Positions 1-10,350 of a stretch of DNA of 64,000 bases are shown here, one piece after another. Numbering within the stretch: the stretch's first letter is position 1; each line of letters starts with the position of its first letter. The notes beneath the pieces are model-generated. The model had not been told where the DNA came from, made no database searches, and worked only from the letters and a program-made list of their open reading frames with translations. The position numbers were made by a program, and so were the translations under genes. Origin of the DNA: Minisyncoccia bacterium (GTDB lineage: Bacteria; Patescibacteriota; Minisyncoccia; Phycocordibacterales; UBA918); assembly GCA_041736805.1 (NCBI GenBank), contig JBGSSW010000016.1, positions 130,526 to 194,525 of the forward strand. Direction: 5' to 3'.

Positions 1-624
1 CACCTGACCACTTTGATTAAACAAAGGAAACATGATGCGGTTACGAAACACATCATACGAGTCTTTACCTTTATCACTAGGTTTAATTAAGCCGGCCTTA
101 AACAACTCAGCTTCCGTAAAGCCTTTTTTTATTAAGTGTTCTTTGACTACTCCCCAACCAGAAATCGGTGGACCGGGAGCAAAACCAATTCGCCAAGAAC
201 CAATTGTCGCTGCTAACACCCCACGTTTTTCAATGTATGTTTTTGCCTCGACCGCAAAAGGCAGGCAAGACTCATAAAACTTGGTCGCTTCTTCCATGAT
301 TAAAAACAATCTATCTCTTTCGGTCTTTCTCTGTGGTGAAACTGGAGTTAACTCAATATTGGCTTTATCAGCCAATATCTTTAACGCCCCCTTAAAATCA
401 ACCCCTTCAATCGCTTCGACAAAAGTAAACATGTCCCCACCAACCCCACAACCATAACAATGGTACATGCCGCGTTCTGGAGAAACATTGAATGAAGGAG
501 TTTTTTCACTATGAAATGGACACCTGGCTTTCATGTTTCGACCAGCCTTTTGCAACTCCACATAAGGAGCAATCACGTCGATAATATTCAGTCGGTCTTT
601 TATTTGCTGTACAGCATCATTCAT
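1..624 (-). CDS. dnaG: DNA primase, N-terminal part (continues off the left edge)
   Basis: Not in the ORF track. Manual minus-strand translation from ATG at 624 gives MNDAVQQIKDRLNIIDVIAPYVELQKAGRNMKARCPFHSEKTPSFNVSPERGMYHCYGCGVGGDMFTF, with the CHC2 zinc finger (CPFH..CYGC). Confidence 0.95.
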   Translation of the reverse strand, partial: MNDAVQQIKDRLNIIDVIAPYVELQKAGRNMKARCPFHSEKTPSFNVSPERGMYHCYGCGVGGDMFTFVEAIEGVDFKGALKILADKANIELTPVSPQRKTERDRLFLIMEEATKFYESCLPFAVEAKTYIEKRGVLAATIGSWRIGFAPGPPISGWGVVKEHLIKKGFTEAELFKAGLIKPSDKGKDSYDVFRNRIMFPLFNQSGQV

Positions 625-733
625 AAATAAGTCTGATTATTATACTCGAAAACTCTGTGCCTTGCCCAAAATATTGCTTTTTGGTTATTTTTATGCTATA
701 ATGAAAATAGTACAACTGCTGAGGAGATGGAAA

Positions 734-937
734 ATGTTTGAACAGATTTTGCCTTGGTTGGTTCTCTGCCTCATCCTTGGGGCCATTGCCGCTCCAGTAG
801 CCTGGGTTGCCTACGCCAACGAAGGAGCCCCGAATTGGCACTGGAAAATTCTTCCTGCGGTGGCTTGTTTTTTCACTGGCCCAATCGGCCTGTATTTCGC
901 GGTCTGGCTAATCTGGGGCCAAATCAAAAAACGCTGA
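734..937 (+). CDS. Small orphan membrane protein (67 aa, two hydrophobic segments)
   Basis: ATG at 734 preceded by GAGGAG (721-726); promoter TTGCTT-17-TATAAT (674-702); terminator directly downstream. Confidence 0.7.
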   Translation: MFEQILPWLVLCLILGAIAAPVAWVAYANEGAPNWHWKILPAVACFFTGPIGLYFAVWLIWGQIKKR

Positions 938-940
938 ATT

Positions 941-976
941 CCCCGACAACCTCGCGTTGTCGGGGTTTGTCTTTTT
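941..976 (+). terminator. Intrinsic terminator of the orphan gene
   Basis: CCCCGACAAC-ctcgc-GTTGTCGGGG followed by TTTGTCTTTTT. Confidence 0.8.
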
Positions 977-1000
977 AAATTTTTAGACTTTCACATTGAG

Positions 1001-1086
1001 AAAACCCACCCCTAACTATTTGCAAGTATCCGCAGCGACAATGTCAGAAGCGAGGACTACCGAACAAATAGTTAGGGGTGGATTTT
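1001..1086. repeat. 86-bp palindromic element (REP/MITE-like) with 22-bp terminal inverted repeats
   Basis: AAAACCCACCCCTAACTATTTG (1001-1022) versus CAAATAGTTAGGGGTGGATTTT (1065-1086), 21/22 complementary. Confidence 0.75.
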
Positions 1087-1091
1087 AAATC

Positions 1092-1154
1092 TATTAATCA
1101 TAGTATCGATTGTGATATTAATACCATAATCGATTGTGGTATTAATACTATTAT
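1092..1154. repeat. 24-bp tandem repeat (about 2.6 copies) built from near-palindromes
   Basis: TATTAATCATAGTATCGATTGTGA / TATTAATACCATAATCGATTGTGG / TATTAATACTATTAT. Confidence 0.7.
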
Positions 1155-1178
1155 TCTTTTTTTGAGACTAGATCGCCA

Positions 1179-1216
1179 AAAACAAAAAGCGACACCTAGG
1201 TGCCGCTTTTTGTTTT
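1179..1216 (-). terminator. rpoC terminator (bidirectional hairpin)
   Basis: AAAACAAAAAGCGACACC-ta-GGTGCCGCTTTTTGTTTT just downstream of the rpoC stop. Confidence 0.8.
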
Positions 1217-1232
1217 CCTCCCTCTTCATTGT

Positions 1233-4200
1233 TTATTGCCCTCTCTGCATCTCCTCAATCATCTGGAACTTCTTACTTCCCTTAAAGCCTGAGCCTGCTG
1301 GGATTAGTTTTCCGATAATAACGTTTTCCATTAGACCAGCCAAGTTGTCTTGACTGCCCTTTACAGCGGCGTTAATCAAAACTCGAGTAGTGTTTTGGAA
1401 TGAAGCGGCTGAAAGGAAACTCTTACGTGAAAGTGAGGTTTCAGTAATACCTAAGATAAGTCTATCAGCTTTAGCTACTTCATTACCGGCTTCCTTGAGC
1501 TTATTGTTAGTTTCAACAAATATCCATTCTTCTACCACTTCACCAACAGTAAAGTGACTTCCTCCAGAATTAGTAATCTTCACTCGTGACATCATCTGCT
1601 TCACAATTAATTCAATATGCTTACGAGCGATAGTTACACCCTGTAGTTCATAGATCTTGTTTACTTCAGAAATGATGTAGTCTTGAGTCACTTCTTGTCC
1701 TCCGTACTTGAATAGTTCTGGCAATAAAGCTGAACCATCAGTAAGCAGTTGTCCTTGTTTTACAGTCTCACCCTTAAACACAGCTACGACACGACGATAA
1801 TTCACTTCGTATTCAATATTATCTTTTTTCTTTGGTGCGCCCTTAACTGTCATGTCTGGAGCAACTACAATCACCTTCTCTCGTCCTTCAGTTCTAATGT
1901 CTACCACGATACCTTCTGCCTTAGAGACCACAGCTGGTATCTTTGGTTGTCTCTTTTCAAACACTTCTTCTACACGCGGCAAACCAGAAGTTACGTCTCC
2001 TCCTACTGAAGCAGCTCCTCCGGCATGCTTAGTGTTCATAGTAAGCTGTGTTCCTGGTTCTCCAATCGCTTGAGCAGCAACTGTACCAACCGCTTCTCCA
2101 ATATCCACTAATTTGTTGCTAGATAGGTCAACACCATAACATTGCTGGCAAACACCACGCAGAGTCTTACAAGTCATTGGTGAACGAACCACGACCGATT
2201 CAGTAGTTGATTCTTCAACTGTAATTGCGTCTAAACGAGTTAGTAAGTGGCCTTTAGGGAATATTACTCGTCCTTTGGTGTCAGTAGCGTCCTCAGTGAG
2301 AATACGACCCTTGATAGCCTTTGAGAAGGCAATCTCGATACCAGAAGCGGAGATACGTCCAATTCTTATACCAAGTTTAGTCTTACAGTCTTCTTCGGTC
2401 ACAATCGCATCTTGGGCTACTACGAAGAGACGACGAGTTAGGTACCCGGCTTTAGCGGTCTGGAGAGCCGTGTCAGCTAGTCCTTTTCGAGAACCGTGTG
2501 TAGTGATGAAATACTCAATTGGTGTCATACCTTCCTTCATAGAAGAAAGTACCGGGAACTCAATGGTTTCACCACGAGTATTTACAATCAAACCTTTCAT
2601 ACCAGCCATCTGTGCAATCTGTCCTAGTGAACCTCGAGCCCCAGACTTCCACATTTCATAAGCCGAACCATTCTCATCTAGTGTCTCGGGAAGAACTTTT
2701 TCAATGGCAGTTTTAGCTCGGTGCCAAACTTCTACAATCATTCGACGTCGCTCGTCTCGAGAGATAAGTCCTTCGTCAAAAGCCTCAAAGATTCCCCGCT
2801 CTTCTCCACGAGCTTTTTCAAGAATCGCTCCTTTTTCTTTTGGTACTTTTACTTCATCAATTCCCCAAGTAGTTCCGGACAAAGTTGCGTACTTCAAACC
2901 TAGCTTCTTTAGCTTGTCTACAATTGGTGGTACGGCTTCTGGTCCCCGCGCATCGATAATGTCGATAATAACAGCAAAGATAGTTCTTTGCACAATGACA
3001 TCATTAATAAAATCATGGTCAGAAGGTAAGACACTGTTGAAAATAAGTCGTCCGACAGAAGTTTCAAAAATTTTACCTTTGTATTGTGAATACTTTTCTG
3101 TATCAGTAGCCAACACCTTCACCATGGCTCGGAAATCAATCACTCCGTAGTCATAGGCATTGATAGCGTCATTTGGTGAAGAGAAGTACTTTCCTTCTCC
3201 CTTTGCACCTGGAATAACCTTGGTCATCCAGTAAGCACCAAGAGCCATATCCAGAAGCTTTTCAGAAACTACCGGTTCAGCCGAACCAGGCTTTAGAATG
3301 TTTTTGTTGGCCGAGATAATTTCTCTTGCTTCTGTTTGAGCCTCATCAGAAAGTGGTACGTGAACAGCCATCTGGTCACCGTCAAAGTCAGCGTTAAAAG
3401 CGCGACAAACTAGCGGGTGAACTTGGATTGCGTTACCTTCAATTAGAACTGGTCTAAAAGCCTGAATACCTTGTCTGTGCAATGTTGGAGCCCGATTTAG
3501 AAGTACGTGCTTATGTTTAATGATATTTTCCAAAATCGCCCACACCTCAGGTACACCATCCTCAATCAGACGGCCAGCTCCTCGAATGTTGTAGGCTAAT
3601 TCTTGCTTTAAGAGTTGTGCGATAACAAATGGTCGGAAGAGTTCTAGAGCCATGTGCTTAGGTAGACCACATTGATCAAGAGCTAACTCCGGACCAATCA
3701 CAATTACAGAACGTCCAGAGTAGTCAACCCGCTTACCAAGTAAGTTTTGTCGGAAATAACCTTGCTTACTCTTGAGGTAATCAGAAAGTGACTTTAAAGG
3801 TCGTCGTTGTGCTTGGCTCATGGCTGAGTAAGCTCCACCACCGTGACGAATAGAATTATCAATCAGTGCATCTACTGCTTCTTGCAGAATACGCTTCTCG
3901 TTTCGCAAGATTACATCAGGCGCCATGATATCAATCAACTTCTTTAGTCGATTGTTACGATTGATTACTCGACGGTAAAGGTCATTTAAATCTGAAGAAG
4001 CATGTCGTCCCCCTTCTAGAGCTACCATTGGCCGAATCGCTGGTGGGATAACAGGAATACGAGTCAGGAACATCCATTCTGGCCGGACTCCAGCATTAGT
4101 CATACCCCTAATCAAAGAGAGGCGCTTGTCTAACTTAGCTCGCTCCATGGCCCCAGCTGTCTCTCTTTCTTTTTCCAGTCGCTTGACCAACTCAGTTAGA

Positions 4201-4904
4201 TTAACTTGTTTAAATAAATCAAAGATTGCTTCAGCCCCTATCCGGGCTTCAAAAAGCGTACTGTACTTAATTGAAAAACGGTGGAAACTAGCTTCATCAA
4301 GTACCACGCCAGGAGCAATGCTTTCGATTTCTTTCTTCATTTCATCGGCTCTAGTTTTTAGAGCGTCTTTAGCATCTTCATTTTGAAGAGCTTTTAGTTT
4401 AGTTTTGAACTCTGTATCAAGTTCACGTAGTAGTCTAGTTCTATCCTCTTCACTTACTTTTGTAACGATATAACCAGCAAAATAAATTACTTTCTCCACT
4501 GAAGCAGCGGTGATACCAAGAATCATGGCAATTCGACTTGGTACACCACGCAAAAACCAAATGTGAGAAACTGGAATACAAAGATCGATGTGCCCCATTC
4601 GTTCACGACGGACAATAGCGCGAGTTACTTCAACTCCACACTTTTCACAGACGATACCCTTGTATCTAATACCACGGTATTTCTTGCAAGAACACTCGTA
4701 GTCCTCAACCGGACCAAAGATTCTTTCGTCGAAGAGCCCGTGCTTTTCTGGCCGTTGGGTTCGGTAGTTGATTGTTTCTGGTTTTGTCACTTCTCCATGT
4801 GACCATTCGAGAATAGTGTCAGGTGAAGCCAACTTAAGACTAATTTCAGTGAAATTAGGTGTTGACGGAGTATGCTTGGTGAATGTTTGTTGTGTTGTAG
4901 ACAT
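1233..4904 (-). CDS. rpoC: RNA polymerase beta' subunit
   Basis: NADFDGD catalytic motif, N-terminal Zn finger (CSC..CEKC), [12 protein letters not shown]. Confidence 0.99.
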   Translation of the reverse strand: MSTTQQTFTKHTPSTPNFTEISLKLASPDTILEWSHGEVTKPETINYRTQRPEKHGLFDERIFGPVEDYECSCKKYRGIRYKGIVCEKCGVEVTRAIVRRERMGHIDLCIPVSHIWFLRGVPSRIAMILGITAASVEKVIYFAGYIVTKVSEEDRTRLLRELDTEFKTKLKALQNEDAKDALKTRADEMKKEIESIAPGVVLDEASFHRFSIKYSTLFEARIGAEAIFDLFKQVNLTELVKRLEKERETAGAMERAKLDKRLSLIRGMTNAGVRPEWMFLTRIPVIPPAIRPMVALEGGRHASSDLNDLYRRVINRNNRLKKLIDIMAPDVILRNEKRILQEAVDALIDNSIRHGGGAYSAMSQAQRRPLKSLSDYLKSKQGYFRQNLLGKRVDYSGRSVIVIGPELALDQCGLPKHMALELFRPFVIAQLLKQELAYNIRGAGRLIEDGVPEVWAILENIIKHKHVLLNRAPTLHRQGIQAFRPVLIEGNAIQVHPLVCRAFNADFDGDQMAVHVPLSDEAQTEAREIISANKNILKPGSAEPVVSEKLLDMALGAYWMTKVIPGAKGEGKYFSSPNDAINAYDYGVIDFRAMVKVLATDTEKYSQYKGKIFETSVGRLIFNSVLPSDHDFINDVIVQRTIFAVIIDIIDARGPEAVPPIVDKLKKLGLKYATLSGTTWGIDEVKVPKEKGAILEKARGEERGIFEAFDEGLISRDERRRMIVEVWHRAKTAIEKVLPETLDENGSAYEMWKSGARGSLGQIAQMAGMKGLIVNTRGETIEFPVLSSMKEGMTPIEYFITTHGSRKGLADTALQTAKAGYLTRRLFVVAQDAIVTEEDCKTKLGIRIGRISASGIEIAFSKAIKGRILTEDATDTKGRVIFPKGHLLTRLDAITVEESTTESVVVRSPMTCKTLRGVCQQCYGVDLSSNKLVDIGEAVGTVAAQAIGEPGTQLTMNTKHAGGAASVGGDVTSGLPRVEEVFEKRQPKIPAVVSKAEGIVVDIRTEGREKVIVVAPDMTVKGAPKKKDNIEYEVNYRRVVAVFKGETVKQGQLLTDGSALLPELFKYGGQEVTQDYIISEVNKIYELQGVTIARKHIELIVKQMMSRVKITNSGGSHFTVGEVVEEWIFVETNNKLKEAGNEVAKADRLILGITETSLSRKSFLSAASFQNTTRVLINAAVKGSQDNLAGLMENVIIGKLIPAGSGFKGSKKFQMIEEMQRGQ

Positions 4905-4915
4905 AGATAATTTAA

Positions 4916-7900
4916 TTATGCAGACTCATAATCACGTCTTGGTCGCTCTTCTCTGGTTAACTTCACGTCTAGTGAGAGACCTCGTAATTGATTCACCAAA
5001 ACATTAAAAGCCGCTGGTGTATGTGGGTGGCTAATCTTTTCTCCTCGAACAATGGCGTCAAAGGCAGCCGAGCGTCCGACAATATCGTCTGACTTGATAG
5101 TAAGCATTTCGCGCAAGGTGTAGGCAGCTCCATATCCAAGGAGAGCCCAAACTTCCATTTCTCCAAATCTCTGTCCTCCAACCTGAGCTTTACCGCCGAG
5201 TGGCTGTTGAGTAATAAGAGAGTACGGCCCAATCGAACGCATGTGAATCTTGTCTTCCACCATGTGGTGAAGCTTAAGAATATACATATATCCAACCGCA
5301 GTCTTCTGAGAAAACTGCTCTCCGGTCTGTCCATCGCGAAGCTGAATCTTTCCATCTTCTGGTAGACCAGCCGCTTTTAGTTCAGCCTTAACGTGGTTTT
5401 CAGTCGCTCCGGCAAATGGAGGCACAATCGCTTGGTAGCCAAGTGTATTAGCAGCCATACCAAGGTGAAGTTCAAGAATCTGACCTAGGTTCATACGAGA
5501 AGGTACACCAAGTGGTGTTAGGAGAACGTCAATTGGACGTCCGTCTTCTGTATATGGCATATCTTCTTCTGGAAGAATTCGAGAAATAACTCCCTTGTTT
5601 CCATGTCGTCCAGCCAGCTTATCGCCGACTGAGACATTTCGTACTTGAGCAATTGTGATATGAATTCGCTTGATGACTCCACTTTCTAGTTGGTCTCCGT
5701 TTTCACGTGAGAAGATTTTAACTCCAATGATACGTCCACGCTTTCCGGCTTCTAGTCGCAAAGAAGTATCTTTTACATCCTTGGCCTTTTCACCAAAGAT
5801 AGAACGAAGCAGTCTCTCTTCTGGAGTTAATTGGGTTTCACCTTTTGGTGTTACCTTTCCTACCAAAATGTCGCCTGGTCGTACTTCAGCACCGATTCGA
5901 ATAATTCCGTTTTCATCCAAGTTACGAAGTTTTAATTCTGAAACGTTTGGAATATCAGAAGAAGTTACCTCTGGTCCTAGTTTAGTGTCTCTTACTGAAA
6001 CCTCTAGCTCATCAAGGTGAACGGTTGAGAACTTACTTTGCTTTACTAGTCTTTCTGAAATAACAATCGCGTCTTCATAGTTTGCACCATTCCAGCTCAT
6101 AAAAGCCACGAGAGCATTTTGCCCAACCGCAATCTGACCATTATCTGTTGACGACGTGTCTGCTAGCAAATCACCGCGCTTAACGTGTTGTCCTAGATTA
6201 ACTGAAGGACGGTGATAAAAAGCAGAAAAATCGTTGGTTCTTTGGAAGGTGGTTAGTGTATAATCCTTCTTCTTTCCTTCCTTATTTTTAATGACAATTT
6301 TTCTAGCATCACACTCAACCACTTCTCCAGCCTCATCGGCGTAGATTACTCGTCCTGTGTCGCGAGCCACCATTCCTTCAACTCCAGTTGCTACCAAAGG
6401 TGCCTCTTGAACTAGACAAGGAGTAGCTTGTTTCTGCATGTTACTACCCATTAAAGTACGGTTGGCGTCGTCGTGATTCATGAATGGAATCATTGAAGTA
6501 GCCACTGAGAATGGCTGATTAGTAGCTACATCCATGTATTCAACATCCTTACGTGGAATTACTCGTGGGTCTCCCTTCTTTCGTGCCTCAACGAAGTCAC
6601 TCTTAATTTTGCCATTATTATCAAGTTCAACCGCTGCGTGAGCGATATTATACTTCTCTTCTTCGTGAGCATTGAAATAGACGATTTCATTTGTCACCAC
6701 TCCTTTTTCTACCTTGGCGTATGGAGTCTCGATGATTCCAAAACGGTTGACGCGAGAATACATTGAAAGACGTAAAATCAAACCAATGTTTGGTCCTTCT
6801 GGAGTATGAATTGGACAAAGTCGGCCGTAGTGCGATGGATGGATGTCACGCACTTCAAAAGAAGCTCGTTCACGAGTTAGTCCACCCGGCCCAAGCGCAG
6901 ATAACGTTCGTAAATGTTCAATCTCAGCCAAGATGTTTTGTTGTTGGGAGAATTGTGAGAGTTGGTTGGTACTGAAAAATTCCTTAACCGCCGCCTGTAG
7001 AGGCCTTGGGTTAATGATTTGCATTGGTAAACTGGTCTCCGCTTCAATCGTAGACATTCTATCTTGAATGTTTCTCTTCATTCGAGTCATACCGACTCGC
7101 ACTCGTTGTTGTAGCATTTCACCAAAGTAACGAACGCGACGGAAACCTAGGTGGTCGATATCGTCAGCCAAAGCTCCTGGTTCATGATTTTGAGTAACAA
7201 TATGTGTCAAAATAAGTCTGACGTCTTCAGTTGAAATAGTTCTTTCATCAGTGGCTTTTTTATCAATTGGGCGACCAAAGCGTTCATTAAAGTGATGACG
7301 TCCGATTTCTGAAAGGTCATATCGCTCAGGGGCAAAAATAGACTTAACGAATTCACGAGCGTTGTCGACAGTCGCCAAGTCACCATCTCTTAGTCGCTTA
7401 TAGATTTCGATATATGATTCTTCCGTCGTCTTAGCTGGGTCCTTGGCAATAGTGGCCTTCATGTATTCTTCACCACGCGGAACTCCCTTCATTAATTCAA
7501 TCATTTCCTTTTCTTTCTCAAGACCGAGGACGCGTAGTAGTGAAGAGATTGGAAATTTCTTCTTACGGTCAATTTTTACATAAATGACACCATCAGCTTC
7601 AGATTCAATTTCTACCCAAGCACCACGAGCTGGAATTATCTTGGCACCAAAAAGCTGCTTCCCTTTTGATTCGGTTTGGGTGAAAAAGATACCATATGAA
7701 CGAGCCAGTTGAGGCACAATCACTCGCTCGACACCATTAATGATGAAGGTTCCTTGTTTGGTCATTACTGGTAGGTCGGTCATGAAAATCTCCTGATCTT
7801 TTTCAGATTCAAAAGTTTTATTCTTTAGGACAACATGGGCTCGAAGCGGAGCCTCATAAGTAAGTTTGTTTTCTTTAGCAAATTCTGGAGTAGTCTTAGG

Positions 7901-8134
7901 TGAACCAAGTTCGTATTTTTTGAACTTTAATTCAAACTTCTTTTCAGAATAGTCACTGATTGGTGAAAATTCAGTAAAAATTTCTTTCAAAGCTGTCTCG
8001 ATAAACCAACGATATGACTCGTGTTGTGGTTCAATCAAATCAGGTAATGGGATTCTTGGCTGAGGACTGACCTCAAAACGTTTCTGTGGCAAATTACCAA
8101 CAGAGACAGTACGATCTTTTTGTGTTACTTCCAT
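4916..8134 (-). CDS. rpoB: RNA polymerase beta subunit
   Basis: GDKLAGRHGNKG, GGQRFGEME and HPSHYGRLCPIHTPEGPNIG motifs. Confidence 0.99.
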   Translation of the reverse strand: MEVTQKDRTVSVGNLPQKRFEVSPQPRIPLPDLIEPQHESYRWFIETALKEIFTEFSPISDYSEKKFELKFKKYELGSPKTTPEFAKENKLTYEAPLRAHVVLKNKTFESEKDQEIFMTDLPVMTKQGTFIINGVERVIVPQLARSYGIFFTQTESKGKQLFGAKIIPARGAWVEIESEADGVIYVKIDRKKKFPISSLLRVLGLEKEKEMIELMKGVPRGEEYMKATIAKDPAKTTEESYIEIYKRLRDGDLATVDNAREFVKSIFAPERYDLSEIGRHHFNERFGRPIDKKATDERTISTEDVRLILTHIVTQNHEPGALADDIDHLGFRRVRYFGEMLQQRVRVGMTRMKRNIQDRMSTIEAETSLPMQIINPRPLQAAVKEFFSTNQLSQFSQQQNILAEIEHLRTLSALGPGGLTRERASFEVRDIHPSHYGRLCPIHTPEGPNIGLILRLSMYSRVNRFGIIETPYAKVEKGVVTNEIVYFNAHEEEKYNIAHAAVELDNNGKIKSDFVEARKKGDPRVIPRKDVEYMDVATNQPFSVATSMIPFMNHDDANRTLMGSNMQKQATPCLVQEAPLVATGVEGMVARDTGRVIYADEAGEVVECDARKIVIKNKEGKKKDYTLTTFQRTNDFSAFYHRPSVNLGQHVKRGDLLADTSSTDNGQIAVGQNALVAFMSWNGANYEDAIVISERLVKQSKFSTVHLDELEVSVRDTKLGPEVTSSDIPNVSELKLRNLDENGIIRIGAEVRPGDILVGKVTPKGETQLTPEERLLRSIFGEKAKDVKDTSLRLEAGKRGRIIGVKIFSRENGDQLESGVIKRIHITIAQVRNVSVGDKLAGRHGNKGVISRILPEEDMPYTEDGRPIDVLLTPLGVPSRMNLGQILELHLGMAANTLGYQAIVPPFAGATENHVKAELKAAGLPEDGKIQLRDGQTGEQFSQKTAVGYMYILKLHHMVEDKIHMRSIGPYSLITQQPLGGKAQVGGQRFGEMEVWALLGYGAAYTLREMLTIKSDDIVGRSAAFDAIVRGEKISHPHTPAAFNVLVNQLRGLSLDVKLTREERPRRDYESA

Positions 8135-8305
8135 AAAACACTAAATGATTATTACCCCAAACAAATAACAACACAAAAGCACTTTTGGTGCTTTAATTCC
8201 CTATTTGTTTATTTTATTAATATCGACATCACGTTCTTTGACTGCGCGACACGAAATCATCTCCCAACCATAACTCACCCGAGACCTCTTTGCGTATGTG
8301 GGGGG

Positions 8306-8333
8306 ATTATAGCAAAACTACCGAAATGTGCAA
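8306..8333 (-). promoter_or_regulatory. Probable sigma70 promoter of rpoBC (TTGCAC-16-TATAAT, extended -10)
   Basis: Minus strand reads TTGCAC...TGCTATAAT about 170 nt upstream of the rpoB ATG. Confidence 0.6.
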
Positions 8334-8391
8334 GCCTAGACTCTTGAAAAGACTTTTGTCTAGTTGACACATTAACGTTAGCTATATGTAA

Positions 8392-8727
8392 TTAAAGTCC
8401 TAGTTGCAACCTCATGGTATTTTCTACTAACTGCAGGTCATTGGTAGACAAATCAGAAATTCGCTTAGTTAGACGTACCAAACTCACCGTCCGCACCTGA
8501 TCAGCCATCGCTTTACCAATCTGACTTTTTACTGTTACTAAACACTCGCTGGGGTATGCATTGGTAATATTTGAAGTAAGAGGTATTACCTGGACCCGAT
8601 CAAGATGCTTGTTGGAGATATTATTACTTACAACAATCGCCGGTCGGTGCTTTTTTGACTCACTACCCAAAGCTAGATCAAGGTCCACCCACCAGACTGA
8701 ACCGCGTTTGGGTTTTAAAACCGCCAT
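8392..8727 (-). CDS. mazF: MazF/PemK-family toxin (mRNA interferase)
   Basis: RGSVWWVDL...GSE..K.RPAIVVSNN..N...VIPLTS...DQVRTVS..RL signature. Confidence 0.9.
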   Translation of the reverse strand: MAVLKPKRGSVWWVDLDLALGSESKKHRPAIVVSNNISNKHLDRVQVIPLTSNITNAYPSECLVTVKSQIGKAMADQVRTVSLVRLTKRISDLSTNDLQLVENTMRLQLGL

Positions 8728-8969
8728 GTATTTTCTTCAGTTATCGCAACTTCACCAGCACCACTAAGCCACTCCGTTCTTTCGCAGACCTGAGATATAT
8801 CTTTTGCCATAGATTTGTAACCGGCTTCAATATCATCAATGATCACATATGGCTTGGCCAGCTGACTCAAATAGGCACCGACCCCACGATCACCCACAAG
8901 TGTTCGTAACCCAGAATAGACTCTTTCATCAAGCATTAGGGTTACTTTCTTTTTTGTACCTGTTTTCAT
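8715..8969 (-). CDS. Putative antitoxin (RHH-like N-terminus, acidic C-terminus)
   Basis: 84 aa, upstream of and overlapping the toxin by 13 nt; KKKVTLMLDERVY beta-helix start. Confidence 0.8.
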   Translation of the reverse strand: MKTGTKKKVTLMLDERVYSGLRTLVGDRGVGAYLSQLAKPYVIIDDIEAGYKSMAKDISQVCERTEWLSGAGEVAITEENTWRF

Positions 8970-9006
8970 AATACGTATTATAATACGTATTATGAAAACT
9001 TGTCAA
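8962..9006 (-). promoter_or_regulatory. TA promoter (TTGACA-18-TATAAT) inside a perfect 38-bp palindromic operator
   Basis: GTTTTCATAATACGTATTA|TAATACGTATTATGAAAAC (8962-8999); -35 at 9001-9006, -10 at 8977-8982. Confidence 0.85.
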
Positions 9007-9124
9007 CTATACTTACACTCTGGGCAGGACAAGACTCTTTATACGGTTCTGAGTCCCTCCTATTTTCTTGTCTAGACGACAGCGAAAATTCCTCACTCTC
9101 GTTCGGACCAGAGGCAAAGCAAAA

Positions 9125-9808
9125 CTATTTGCTTTGCCTCCAAGCGTCAATTTCCTTGTGATTACCTTCTACCAGTACTTTTGGTACCGAATATATCTGT
9201 TTTTTGTATTTTAAAACCTCTGGTCTAGTATAGGTTTGCCCATTAGTTGGCCTTTCGTCTTCTAGTGACTCAAAAGTCCCAAGGACACCTGGAATTTGTC
9301 TAGAAACAGCATCGACAATCGTCAAAGCCGGTAGCTCCCCTCCGGTCAGGACATAGTCCCCGACCGAAACTTCCTCTGCTCCTAATATTTGCTGGACTCG
9401 AGCATCAATTCCTTCGTACCGTCCCGAAATCAGCACTAAGTGTTCATATTCTTTTGCCCAAGCTTTGGCAACTTCATTAGTAAAGACTGTCCCCCGAGGC
9501 GACATAATTAAAGTCTTTACTTTCCCCTTCTTAATTGAGGTGGTTTTCTTTCCGACGGCTTTTGACCAAGCTTTGAGAATTGGTTCTGCTAACATCACCA
9601 TACCTGGTCCACCACCATAAGGACGCTCATCAACCTTGCGATGCTTATCTGTTGAATAGTCTCGAGGGTTGTAATAAGAAACTTCAATTTTCCTCCCTCG
9701 CACTTTTGCTCCCTTCCCTTTATCAGTCTTTTGAGCCCGCCCCAAAATACTCCCATTTGTATAAGGTTCACACAACTCTGGAAACAAAGTGATGATATGA
9801 AAATGCAT
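9125..9808 (-). CDS. trmD: tRNA (guanine-N1)-methyltransferase
   Basis: HIITLFPE, DERPYGGGPGMVM, GRYEGID and SVGDYVLTGGELPA motifs. Confidence 0.97.
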   Translation of the reverse strand: MHFHIITLFPELCEPYTNGSILGRAQKTDKGKGAKVRGRKIEVSYYNPRDYSTDKHRKVDERPYGGGPGMVMLAEPILKAWSKAVGKKTTSIKKGKVKTLIMSPRGTVFTNEVAKAWAKEYEHLVLISGRYEGIDARVQQILGAEEVSVGDYVLTGGELPALTIVDAVSRQIPGVLGTFESLEDERPTNGQTYTRPEVLKYKKQIYSVPKVLVEGNHKEIDAWRQSK

Positions 9809-9810
9809 AT

Positions 9811-10279
9811 TTATATTAATTCAGAGCGTAGCTTCATCCACAACTTACCCATCTGATTTTCTCCAGTTCCATCAGCCCCAGTAATAATCAACATCATATA
9901 CTTTTAGCAACTCCCTCTCCCTACTCATTTTTAGTACCTTAGCAATGTCTGGATACTGAGCTAGCTTAGCTCGAAAAACAGTTTCCATTATTGCTAACTT
10001 ATCAAAGTTAGGCAGTAGCTTACTTTTATCTTTACAAACCTGTCCCAGTCTCCATGCATCCATCGGGCATCGTGCGGACATAATTTCTTGTCTTGCTTCT
10101 GGCACTACTCGTAATGCCTGATAAGCATGCTCGACGGTTTTGTATACCAACCCATCAATTTCTACCTCATGGGCTGAAAATGGTGAAAGATCGTGAAATC
10201 TTGTCTCTAAAAAATTAATCGGGTCTGTACTGGCTGAATCAAAGTCCTGACCAAAATAAAGATTATCGTTGTCACTCAT
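9811..10279 (-). pseudogene. NADAR/YbiA-family protein with a frameshift near its C-terminus
   Basis: LSPFS...YKTVEHAYQA and RAKLAQYPDI..L motifs. The frame stops at YYWG-TGA (9872), while the conserved tail ADGTGENQMGKLWMKLRSELI* continues in another frame to TAA at 9811. Confidence 0.75.
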
Positions 10280-10350
10280 ATTTAAAATCTTAGCATACAA
10301 AAGTCCGGACGCGTAAGACACAAGCAATTGATCTTTGTCGAACATCTGCA

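Noticed and set aside
1092-1154. Possible CRISPR array
   Set aside because: Repeats are contiguous with no unique spacers, under three copies, and there are no cas genes.
1078-1353. 91-aa ORF with IDC.INTI repeats
   Set aside because: It is a translation of the 24-bp palindromic repeats, crosses the rpoC terminator and overlaps rpoC antisense.
8364-8392. TTGACA as an antisense promoter into the toxin gene
   Set aside because: No acceptable -10 box at 16-18 nt spacing.
8336-9076. Short matches (AGACTCTT, TTGTCTAG) on both sides of the TA pair as insertion boundaries
   Set aside because: Only 8 bp each with different spacing; not distinguishable from chance without comparative data.
9860-9880. 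UGA=Gly recoding (code 25) as the explanation for the NADAR stop
   Set aside because: Readthrough gives GWNWRKSDG*, not the conserved tail. Long genes have no in-frame TGA, and rnhB ends normally at TGA.
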